64,000 bases of DNA from Marsupella aquatica. Lineage: Eukaryota; Plantae; Marchantiophyta. The stretch spans positions 21,244,262 to 21,308,261 of the forward strand of contig OZ316898.1 in assembly GCA_973895155.1 (NCBI GenBank), given 5' to 3'. This document shows, one piece after another, positions 47,401 to 57,440 of this stretch (the stretch's first letter is position 1; the number at the start of each line of letters is the position of its first letter). Made by a program: the position numbers and the translations under genes. The notes beneath the pieces are model-generated. The model did no database searches. It was not told the origin of the DNA and saw only the letters and a program-made list of their open reading frames with translations.

Positions 47401-47634
47401 CTACTTTATGACAGTAGGTATAGTAGGTTTCCAGGAAAGCTTTACACTCGCTGGTTAGGACCCTTTAGAGTAACCATGATGTTCCCCAATGGCTCCGTAC
47501 AATTGGCCAACATTACGGGAGAGGTATATCCAGTTCGCATCCATTATGACCGCCTCAAGAAATACTATATGGACGAAGATGAAGTTGTTCGCGAGGATGC
47601 TTCACAATTAAGTGGGGAGCTATGTGATGCCTAG
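44368..47634 (+). CDS. pol: Pol: reverse transcriptase, RNase H, integrase (-1 frame relative to gag-pro)
   Basis: Uninterrupted 1088-codon ORF: CQDYRKLN, FMDGYSGYNQI, FIDDFAV, VDVSG..TEREAL..TDH, H..GH..CDPC, WGIDYIGP, SDRGTHF, NGLTERAN, WLGPF. No chromodomain. Confidence 0.95.
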   Translation: MGSSSRDSGFSAGVVAEPTGSTTPSIIGKELNTKGSAYKPITRAEQIEALLEAERAQRPNSQEQEVDEMDRHDLEPRQEGEPTTNSKPNRPVRGQSMDTKEGTDSASPAEIPVYGGMRLERLEAELDPNLKKQINMIQARQYRKLDLGEGRELNLGRNLAPELEKEISDLLIEFQDVFAWSHQDLKGVDPTLGEHRIDLMLGAKSFRQPIRRMNPKYSLLVKTEIDKLVEAGFITPVLHSDWVSPIVIVPKKAGPDGKPKIRVCQDYRKLNEATLKDHFPLPFTDMVLDMVANHELYSFMDGYSGYNQIRIRQEDQIKTAFITEWGIYVFNRMSFGLCNAPAMFQRLMVNIFHDYLRKFMEIFIDDFAVFGKASKHAKYLRKTFMRCREVGLKLHPDKCFFAVTEGVLLGHKVSRKGIEIDKGKLAVWLDIMQPKNIKDVRSFLGCIGYYRRFIKDFAKLALPLTNMLKAGADFEPTPERVTAVVELKQMLVEAPVMIAPDWNKDFHVFVDVSGFCIGSVLSQLDEKGRDHPIYFASRQLADAERNYSTTEREALGVIYSCKKFRHYLLGYKVIFHTDHESLKYLVNKPDLTGRVARWILLLQEFDYELRIKPGKLHANADFFSRITGKPATDCIDDRFPDEELFIVEIADTWYPKILQFLSTSRLQPGLSREQAAVFVRKVRQYQCIKGILHKHGINGTIQRCLEKREVKRVLRAMHGEEARGHSAPVTTSKKILNVGYWWPTLHKDVYQFIKQCDPCQRAGGPRASTRHPLHPILPLAPFEKWGIDYIGPLKPLTHPRRNKYIILATDYATKWVEARPTTKDDAITTARFMYEQIFTRYGAPLELVSDRGTHFLNDIISRLNEQYLVKHRPTTPYHPKANGLTERANGIIGKILNKTVAQNKLDWDDKLFAAVFAYNLAYKSTTGHTPFFLTFGQEALVPMQLEIPTFQVTIEERASAEESLKEREYRLEALEEARMISAERVEYRQNIMKQQYDKRLKVVSIHTGDLVLLYDSRYSRFPGKLYTRWLGPFRVTMMFPNGSVQLANITGEVYPVRIHYDRLKKYYMDEDEVVREDASQLSGELCDA
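44392..44451 (+). promoter_or_regulatory. Candidate -1 programmed ribosomal frameshift signal (slippery heptamer + stem/pseudoknot)
   Basis: G GAT TTT in gag phase at 44392-44398, a 5-nt spacer, then a perfect 10-bp stem ggcgttgtgg/ccacaacgcc. Loop gccga is complementary to downstream tcggc. Pol is in the -1 frame. Confidence 0.72.
47610..47622 (+). other. Polypurine tract
   Basis: aagtggggagcta lies directly before the 3' LTR and within the last pol codons. Confidence 0.85.
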
Positions 47635-50600
47635 ACAGGAATCACTCGGCCGGTTAAGTGGGTAAAGCAGGAAGGCACCCTAGGAACACCTTAGTATAGT
47701 GACAAAACAAGGAAAATATAAACAGTTAGGGGCAACCATGGAACCCGGGCCGAGGCCGGAGGTAAGGCTAAGGGTGAAAACCCGATTAGGGTTAGGGCGC
47801 GTTAAGCGTCGGCGGCTAGGAAGGATCAACGGGAAGAAGGACCGGCAGAGGAGAGGGGTAAGGAGCGCTTGCAGGAGATGGTGGCTCATTTGCGAGCACA
47901 AACTAGGCAGACGACTACGGGAGGCCAACTACTGTCAGTTGCTTAGGCAAGCACTCGGGGAGAGAGTAGATACCGACGATCGACCTAAGGAGGGTATGAG
48001 CAACGTCAATCAAGCGACACATTTCTAGGGATGCCTGTTCGAACGGGCAACTGAGTACATCAAGACTTACGAGGACGAGGAGTCAGAAAGGGCAGCTCGA
48101 GAACGGCAGGAGCTCGCTCGATTGTGGGAGCTGCAGAAGACGGCTTTCTTAGGAGGCGAACTCATCAAGGACGAGTTCCTGTGGACGCCTACTTCCAATC
48201 AACTCGACGATCTTCTGTTTTGCAAAGACAGCGTCGTCGGCATCCGAGAGGCCATCAAGAACTGCAATGACATACACTGGGAATTAAAGGGTAGCACGGA
48301 AAGGTGGACCCAGGCAACGGTGCTAGGAGAAACCTCCACGGCAGCAGAGATGAAGAGGAAGGGAGCCGTCAACGATGAAGCCACCCCGGCAAAAAGAACG
48401 AGGTCGGCGGCACCAAAGAAGCCAGCCGAGCAGCAGAGCAGGAGGCAGGGAGAAGCCGAACAGGAGGAGGTCGATCCCATCAAGGCCATTCCAACCAGGG
48501 ATGACACCTGGAAGGGCTGGGCGGCAACCCTACCGGTGGAGGTGCAACTACATTTTGCACGGGAGGAGGATGCATGCTTTACGGCCATGCAGACCAAGAA
48601 GTACCAAGGCTTCATGGCCGGATCCGGCTTGGAGGCCTTTGTAAGATTACCATGGCTGAAGCCGGAGGTACCGGAGTCAGACCTATTAGAATTCGTGGGG
48701 TCATGGGAACCCGAGACCAATTGCACGAGGATATATGGGAAGGATTTCTATCTTACTCCCAAGGTAATTGCCGAAGTGTTTGGCCTGCCGATAGGCAATA
48801 AGACCAAAGTTGATACCAGGAAGACCTTGCCTGACAAGGAGTTCTGGTCGTTCCCCGGGCCATCAACGAAGAATGGCTTCTTCCGGAACACCTGCACCAA
48901 CCCGTACATAGGAGAGATGATCGACTTCTTGCGGGTGACCATGCATTGTAACTTGCCGAGGGCAGAGATCGGCAAGGCACAGGTCTATCTGGCAGAAAGG
49001 CCAAACCCAAGCCGGGACTACAACGGGTACCTCCTCAACCAATTGAAGAAGATCTTAAAGGAGGAGCAGCAGGTAATCGGCATGGGGAGCGTGTCGCGGC
49101 TTGGCTATCACATGCCGCTGTTGTGCCGGTATGCCAGAGGTCAGACTTTTGCCCCGGTACTTCCCCTGCAGGTAAGGGCACCCGAGGAAGCTCCAACGCC
49201 GAGGCCGTTGGCTGAGAAGCCTCAACCACCTGTTAGTCCTACGATCGAGCAGGTGTTTAGGCCCAGGAAGGAAGACTTGCCGATGCAGCAACCAGGCATG
49301 CAGAGTCTGCTGAAACTACTAGAGAAAGAAAAGAAATCAGCATCGGCAACAACAACGGCAACGGCAACAATGCAGGACACTACTACAGAGGTAGGCCTAC
49401 ACCGGCTCACAAGAGAAAACCCCTTTGCTGGAGACAAGGAGAGAATCAGGCCGGAATCCAAGCCAGGTGTTCGAATGTACGTGGGAACCTCAAGCTCCGA
49501 ATCTGAGGCAGAATTGCCTGAAGCTCCTACCGACGAAGAGGAGAGGGAGAAGCCGGACGTCCAAGAGGTAGAGGAGGCAGTGGAGGACTGCAGCCATGAT
49601 AATTCCGGCTATGGGTCGGACCATCACGTTCCAGGAGTAAGGACCTATGGCCGGTTTGTCCCCACACTTCCAAGGGTAGTGCGAGGGGACCCCAACCAGC
49701 AGAGTAGCCCTAAGTCTCCCCCACCAGATGTTGCTCCCCCGAGCTTCGACGGCATAAAACAGACGGTGCAGGAATTTCAGGAGCGAATCAAGCAGGAGGA
49801 AGAGGCCGCCCTGGCTAAGGAAATGGATTTACCAGGAGGAGATTGGCCGGAGGACATCAGGCGGCTAACCGAAAAAGGAAGCAAACCTCTAGCCACGATT
49901 GAAGAGATCCGCAGGACGGCTTGGGAGCAGAGGCCACGATGGGCGATGCCGATCACTTCTACTTACTCCACCTACGCTAAGAATAGAGCCATGGAGTATG
50001 GTGAGATGTGTGGGGAACTTGCGCTCGGCATCTTTGGAGAGGAGTTGGAGGAAGGACCCTTTTTCCATAGGGAGTAGTTGGAGAAGCACCAATTAGAAGA
50101 AGCGGTGGCTTTAGAGAGAAGCAAGAAGGACGAGGTCATTCGGCGGCTTAGGAGGATGGAAGCCGAGATTGAAGATCTAAGGGCGGCCAAGAAAGCCCAA
50201 GATGAACTGCGGATTAAACGACATGAGCTGAACATCATGCAGGGGCAGTTGGACACCGCGCAGGCTGATAATCAGAATATCAAGGATAAACTGACTCAGA
50301 CGCAGGAAGAGTTGGCCGACACGATCAAAGAGAGGGAGAAGTGGAAGCAAGAGCTGAAGAATACAGAGGAGGCCCACATAACAGCCAACAGCCGGGCCAT
50401 GGCGGAGACCCAAAGAAAGGAATGGGCGTTGAAAGGGGAGCTCGAGAAAATCCGCGGAGCCCTTGAACAGAAGGAGGTCGAGTTAGGGAAATCCTATAAA
50501 GGGATTATGGCGCTACAGCAGGAGCTTGCGTCCCTGACGGCCAGCTTCAAGGCCGACCTAAGGGAGAAGGACGAGATGCTCGAACAGACTTACGCCAAGA

Positions 50601-52272
50601 TGAACCAGATGGAGTTTGTCATCATTGCAGAGCTCGACAAGGAGCTAAGAGCAACCCAGGAGGAGAGGGCTACCTTGAAGAAGGAATTGGAGGAAGCCCA
50701 CAGGGAGCAGGAGGAGGCCAAAAACGAGCTGGAGGGGGCACGTAAGGACCTGGATGAAACCCAAGAGGAGTTGGAGGAAATCACGAGGAAGATGGAGAAC
50801 CTACAGCGGCGGGCCGACAACCAAACAGAGCGGCTGAAGAAACAAGCCGCAGTATTTAAATGCTTAGCTGCAGCAGGTCCATCTCCCGTTGGGACAAACC
50901 AGTTACCAGGGGTGGTAATTGCCGAAGGACAAGCCGCGCCAACTGCACCAGTGCCGGAAGTAAGTGGGAAGGGGAAGGGACCAGCTGCCGAGCCACCAAC
51001 GAAGAAGAAGCGGAAACCTTCAGGGTCAAGGAGTAATACGACTTCACAGGCCGTGGTGATCAAGGAGGTAGACCCAGCACCGACCCCAGACAGGGTCACG
51101 GCTAAGGATCCAACTACCCTAGGGGAAGGGGAGGCCGAAGCCGAGGGAGTGGCTGAAGCCGAAGCCGTGGGAGTGGCTGAGGCCGAAGCCGTGGGTATTG
51201 CCGAGGCCGGTGTCGAGGCTGAAGCCGAAGGTGGACCCAGTCAGGCCGATGGAGAGTTGACTCGGTCAAGGGCAGGTAATCTGTCAGTAGGCGGGCCAAC
51301 GGCAGTGGCTGAGGAGGAAGTGTTGGGGGCGTCCATTGAGGATCCACCACCGGTGTCGTGACGGTGCAAGGGCACCGTTCCTTTTAGGGAGGGCGGACGT
51401 GGAGGGAGGAGGCGTGAGTGGGCAGGGCGGGCGCGGATCTCCACGTTTAGGATTAGGATCAGAACCAGGAGCGGCCCTGACACTTAGCTTAGTGGGATTG
51501 CGGTCCCACTGGTAGGAGCAACACTTGTGCTCCTGCCTTGCTGTACATAGGTAGATTCGGGCAAGTAGATTACTGTCAGGTAGATTAGGCTTACGATGCA
51601 AAGAATGGCGGATCCACTACCAGGATAAGTACCTGGGCAGCGGGGAGCTCAGGGCCTCTTCTTTAGCAAGTTTTTAGTTTGCACCAGCCGGGCTGGGATC
51701 AAGTAGTACGAGAAGCTCTCGGTTAGTCATACAGTGACCCTTGTGTATATTCATGTTTCCTCATGCCTAAGAGCTGAATAGAGTTGGCCTCACGGCTTAG
51801 TTCGCAGAACTTGTGTATGAGATGTACTGTTTGTATGGCAAGTGCATGGTATGACTCAGTCAGAATGAGTCATTTTGCTATTTGTGTGTCGCATTAACTT
51901 GTGTGAAGAGTGCCCACATCAACAGAAGGAAGGAAAGTAAGCAGGGGAGTGAGAGTTGGATGTGTCGAGCTGAGAGAGGTCTTAGCGGCTTAACCAAGCC
52001 TATTGGGGATCATTCCGGCGGCGGAATCCAAACATACCTAACAAGACAGAGGGGAAGACAGGGGAAGGCCTATATTAGGCCGGCTACGTATCTCATGACC
52101 CGATGAAGGATCTGTCCAGTATATGTGTGTAAAATGTTAATAGTAGTAGTAGAAGGTTAGCAGCGTCCCATGCCGCTAAGCCGCGGAAACGGCCTCGCCA
52201 AGCACGAAACCTGCGGGAATCGGCTTGAGCTGGGGGGTTTCTTGGGTTTAGGGAGCCATGGGACGCACCACA
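47623..52272 (+). repeat. 3' LTR (4650 bp)
   Basis: Direct repeat of 36738-41398 with scattered substitutions and a ~10-bp repeat-unit indel (ggggaagaca). Followed by TSD TGACC. Confidence 0.96.
47738..51361 (+). pseudogene. LTR-encoded ORF, 3' LTR copy; premature TAGs at 48026-48028 and 50075-50077
   Basis: Same length (3624 nt) and frame as the 5' copy. Both stops are sense codons (TGG, CAG) in the 5' LTR. Confidence 0.9.
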
Positions 52273-52584
52273 TGACCCATCTCTCACCCATAGGAAAACA
52301 GAAATTAAAAAAGAGAAAGAAGAAAAAAGAAGAAAAAACAAACACATTGAAAGTGAGTTAGGAGAGAATAAAGATAGAGGGAGCCATTGATGATAGTATA
52401 TTGTATAATTCTATACCTAACAAGAACTAACGAGTGTTTGTAGACGGTACCCAAATAGTATGCGGAGAAACTCAAAGTTCTACGGTACCCCCACGACCGA
52501 GCTTGTATCCTCTGGGATACGGATCGGGAAGTACCGGCTAGTGTAAGGATTCGAATCAGAGCTGACATTGTAATCTGGCAACCA

Positions 52585-53571
52585 GTGACATTTAAAAACA
52601 TTCCTTATCATTGCTTTAGGTGCAACCAAAGAGGACACCTGGCGCGCAACTGCCAAGAGAATTTAGAGACGGCAGATAAGACTCAGAAGGAAGTTGACCC
52701 ACCAGAAGAGAAGGACGATGAGCACCACTCGGAGGCTGACCCCGAGGAAATCCGAAGAGCAGAGGCTAATACTGAGGCTAGAGCGTTGTTTCGTGCTGCT
52801 AAGGTGCCCCCACCAAGGCCGGTGACTGTATCGGTTGAAGATGATAGCGAGCAGGTGGAGTTATTGCTTAATCCTGTGCCCTTAGAGACGGTGGCTCGTG
52901 ACAAGGACACGGTGCAGCAAGTAGACAAGGACCCTTTGAGCATCACTACAAACGTGGATGTGGGTGTAAGTGACTTGTGCCCCCCTACGGAGACAGCTGC
53001 GTTACAGTCTGAAATGATTAGATTGGATCACCCATCTGATATGCTGAGGAATGAGTTTGACAGGGACCCTCCTTTGGACGCGAATGCGCCCTGCTTTGGG
53101 CCGGCTCTTTCCCTCACTGTGGCTCCGATCGTGATGGCAGGATGTACCCCTACTTCCAATCTGTGTGCTGGAGGAGACGAGACCTTCTCCTTTCATGAGG
53201 AATCGGATGCTGAGATGTCTGAGTATGAAGCGTATATCTCCCATAGTAAATTCAAGGCCAGAGCTAGGAAGCAAGAGCTACGTACCCCCCCTAATGATAA
53301 GACTGAGAAAGCCAAAGGAGAAGCAAAGAAGCAAAGATCTCTAAGGTTCTCACGTGGTTTCATGTCTGATGCAGAGGGAGAGGGAATTCCTACTCGGAGT
53401 TCGAACGAGGGGGAGACGGTGGGCCAATTGTCTGCCCTGCGTGGTAGGGAGAAGATGGAGACTGTTTTGCGAGTTAGAGTCTCGCCTGCTCGCTCTTTAA
53501 GTGGATACATAAGTGGACCCACGGGACACCTGGGAGCGGGGATGTCTCCGGGAGGGAGAAATAGGTTGTGA
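52585..53571 (+). pseudogene. LINE ORF1 3' part (CCHC knuckle + disordered tail)
   Basis: FKNIPYHCFRCNQRGHLARNC. Confidence 0.8.
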
Positions 53572-53631
53572 ACTCCTTGTCACCAAGGGGAGCGGTGCTG
53601 TGCCATGAATTAAGCAAGGCTGAGTGGGAGG

Positions 53632-56600
53632 ATGGAAGGCACTTTAAGATTAGCATCGTGGAATGTCTGCGGCCTGTGTGAGCCAAATCGTAAACATGTG
53701 ATTAAAAATTGGGTGAGATCGCTGAAGACTCCCCTTGGAATTCTAGCATTACAAGAAGTGAAAGGGGATCAATTTCGACTCGACATGGCTCTCAGGGCAA
53801 TTCTTCCTACGTATGAGCATTTCTCTGCAGCACCAGACGATGGACGGGGCGGAACCGCGCTACTGGTACACCCGGAGCTGAAGGTGGTGCGAATGGGGGT
53901 GTTGGACTTGGGCAGGGCGGTATGGGTGGAGGTGGAGGCGGGATCCGGGAGTTTTGGGATTGCTAGTATCTACGCCCCCAACTCTGCACGATTAAGGGCT
54001 CTACTTTGGAATGACCTGAAAACTCTGCTCCCTCATAACGACTGGATTGTATGTGGGGATTTTAACATGACGGAACGCAGAACTGACTCCACGGGCAATT
54101 CACCATTGATTCGAGGAAGGGAGGCGGAATTCTGGAGATTCTTTAAAATGAGATTCAATTTGATCGATGCTTGGGAGATCAGAGGTGGTGCAGTGGGCCC
54201 TCCTTTCACGTGGAGAAGAAACAGGAATGGGGAGATAGTACAATCTAGGCTCGACAGGTTCTACTTAAGTGAAATGGGATGGTGGTTGAATGAGGTAGTG
54301 GAGCTTCTACATGAGGGAGGTTCTGCGTTGTCGGATCACGACCCTGTGTTACTAAGTGTTAAGCTTGCAGGGGAAGAAGAGATGAACGAGAAAGGGAAAG
54401 TGAGACTGTTTATGGCAAACCCGGCGCTTTTGCGATGCAGAGAGGATTTGCTACTGCTTGAAGAGGCCTGGGTGGAGGGACGTGGGGACTGTGTAGAGCC
54501 TCTCAGAAGTTTTTGAAATGGGAGCTGGAAAATGCGCCACACATACAAAACTATTCAAGCCAAACCAAGGACGGCGGGGGTGGAGATGGCTTTTCTTCGG
54601 GCACGACTTTGTTCGCTCAAGTTGGCCATTTTAGAAGCTCACTCAGAAGTTGATATTGCAGATTATATGGAGGCAGAAGATACTCTACATGCAACGGAGA
54701 TAGAGGAAGCTCACAGGGGTCGCAGGCTAGCCAGAATAAAGTGGTTAGGTGAGGGAGATGAATCGACTAAATTCTTCTTTGCCACTGTGAAAGCTAAGCG
54801 ATCTCGTGAAGCGATGACTTCTCTGATCGGGAGGGACGGTAGATCTATCTTGGACCCCCAGTTAATCCTTAAAGAAGTTGAAGATTTTTGTGTGAACCTG
54901 TACGCACCTACTGCCTCTACAGTGGACGAGACGGAGGTGAGGAGAGCTGCCAGAGCAAGATTGCTGAGGAATACTCAATTTGCGCTCTCTGGAGAGGAGA
55001 TCCTTCAGATGGACAGGCTACCAACCTACCAAGAGATAAAGGATGTGTTGTGGCTACTACCAAATGACAAATCCCCTGGCCCAAATGGATTGACTGCTGA
55101 GGTCTACAGAGCTTGTTGGGGATTTCTGGGACAAGACCTGGTGGATATGATTCAGGAATTTTGGCTTTCTGGGGCTCTAGATGCTGGAATTTGTGAGGGG
55201 ATAATTAAATTTATACCTAAGAAACCTGATAAGCGCTTTTTAAAAGATTGGAGACCATTAACCATGTTAAACACGATTTACAAGCTGATTGCAAAGATCC
55301 TTGCGCTGCGGTTGAAACCTATTCTTAACAGGATCATTAGCCCCCAACAGACTGGATTTATCCCGGGGCGACATATTCTGGAGAACATCTCTCTTGCTTG
55401 GCTTACATGTGATTGGGTGCACAACCGAAAGAGAGAAGCCTTGTTCCTGAAGCTTGATTTTGAAAAGGCGTTTGACAGAGTTTGTCATGAGTACATTTGG
55501 GATTGCATGCACTTGTTAGGGATTAGTGGACGATTTATTATGCTAGTAAAAGCGTTGCTGGCACAGGCTTCTTCTCGTGCTCTGGTGAATGGCTTCCTCT
55601 CTAACTCCTTTGAGCTGAAGCGTGGTGTTCGACAGGGCTGCCCCCTGTCGCCGCTGCTGTTTGTGATTTCCACTCAGCCAACTCATGGATTTTCTTGCTG
55701 CGGAGATGGAAGGAGGACGATTAAATGGTTTGCAGATTACAGAGGATTTCAAGATTTGCTATAGACTCTTTGCGGATGACGTGGGGATGTTTATCCCGGC
55801 TACAGAACAGGATTTTGAGGATACAAAAACTGCCCTGGAATGCTATGAGACAGCCACCGGTGCGAAGCTGAATTTGGAGAAATCAGTGGTGATTCCCTTG
55901 GCTATGGAGATTGTAACAGAGTGGCTCAGAAAAACAGGTTGCCTTATTAGCGGGAGAGGGGAGATTCAGAAGTACCTTGGTGCTCCATTGGGCGTGGGGC
56001 TGCTTACAGAGCAACTCCACAAGTTCTGCCTCGAGAAGATCAGCTCTAGGCTGTCAGCATGGTCAAACAAATTACTCTCTTTCACCGGACGCTCCCTGCT
56101 TGTGAAGCAAGTCTTGCTTGCTATCCCTATTTATCATGTTATGTACTGCAAAGCCTCTGCTGGATTAGCAAAGAAGGTAATTGCTCTCAGCAGAGACTTT
56201 TTATGGGGTTATAATGCGGTTGGAGGCAAGAAAATTCCTCTGGTGGCTTGGGATAGGATGGCACGTCCAAGGGTGGAGGGTGGACTTGGATTCAGGGATT
56301 TTCGCAGCCACTGTGATGCTCTTCTTTCACAATGGTTCACTAAGGCACTTAACTTCCCGGAGCTGGAATGGTCTCGGATGTTGGCAGCAAACTTATCGTT
56401 GATGGGATGGATGAACTATAAGGTTATTAGAAGAAATGGCTATTCCTTCCAAGACCAGCTCTTACTCTGTTCACCTCGTTCATTTAGTGGTCTACCTTAC
56501 ACGACAGGTTTGTGGAAGAGTTGGGAACTGGTTAGGGCTCATCTTTCATTTGAACCTGGACGAATGGGACCGCCAGCGAGATGGAGCATCTCTGACACTC

Positions 56601-56864
56601 TTAGATGCATGGTTGGCTTCAATTCGCTGCCCAATGCGACAATTACGACTATTGCTGCGATTTGTGGCAGACTGGGAATGAGGACTGTTGGGGATGGATG
56701 GTCGACGGAGGACAGATGCTGGAAGGACCTTCCTTTGAGATGGCACAACATTCAAAGTATTTCGGCTGAGCATCGGCTGTTGGCCAGGTCATTCTTGGAG
56801 CGTCTGTGGAGCACAGATTTCTGTTGTACTGAATACTTCCTGTATGCCAAGCAATGGCGCTGGA
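53632..56864 (+). pseudogene. LINE ORF2 (endonuclease + RT) with a stop at 54514, a frameshift at ~55680 and a Copia insertion
   Basis: ASWNVCGL, LQE, IYAPN, GDFN, SRLDRF, SDHDP; KSPGPNG, LDFEKAFDRV, RQGCPLSP, LFADD, KYLG. Confidence 0.93.
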
Positions 56865-57249
56865 TGTTGAGCATAGACGACGATCGCAACGGCAAGCCCA
56901 TGAACCATCCAACGCACAATAGTCGACACAAGAGATACGTGGTTCACCTCCTTGAGGCTACGTCCACGGGAACACACAAGAGAGCTTTACTGAACTCTAA
57001 GCCCGTCGGCTATACCGAGTCTCCACAGTGTAAGCTCTCCCTATCTCTCAAGTGGCTCCATAACAATGAGCCTTGGTTCTACCTCTCCAAGCACACATGC
57101 CTCTTATGATATAGTGTGCAACTTAGTTGTACCTAACCACATAGTTGTACCTAATCACGTAGTTGTACCTAACCACGTAGTTGTACCAACCCACGTTGTT
57201 GTACCAACCACGTCATACCTAACCTAGACGTAAGAGTAAATACCCAACA
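56865..57249 (-). repeat. Copia 3' LTR (385 bp)
   Basis: TGTTG…CAACA. A purine tract (minus strand) is adjacent at ~57250-57262. Confidence 0.95.
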
Positions 57250-57440
57250 ATCTTCCTCTTGACTCTGGTCTAGGGGAGAGTAATACTGCCAATGTATATG
57301 ATCCCTCAGCGGGAAGTTCTGGACAGAAACCAAACCGGTTTCCCTCTCTAACTAGAGCAAACCAGAACTAAGCCGTAGCCTAATACACAGGAATGAGGAA
57401 GAGCATATATCAGTAATTACAATGAATGTTTAAGAAAACT

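Larger units (their letters stand above)
36738..52272 (+). mobile_element. Full-length family-A Ty3/Gypsy (non-chromovirus, Athila/Phygy-like) retrotransposon, 15.5 kb, with giant coding LTRs
   Basis: Two near-identical TG…CA LTRs, TSD TGACC (36733-36737 and 52273-52277), PBS, PPT, and open gag-pro and pol ORFs. Confidence 0.97.

Noticed and set aside
36738-52272. The 4.65-kb repeats as a segmental duplication or two independent insertions
   Set aside because: TG…CA ends, a PBS after the first repeat, a PPT before the second and a shared TGACC TSD show they are true LTRs of one element.
52444-52490. 9-bp direct repeat acggtaccc at the LINE 5' junction as a TSD
   Set aside because: Both copies are on the same side of the LINE, and the 3' end is outside the window, so it cannot be tested.
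55685-57109. 474-aa ORF with an apparently novel C-terminus
   Set aside because: It is a chimera: LINE ORF2 reads into the Copia LTR inserted at 56865, and the same peptide appears at 62899-63144.
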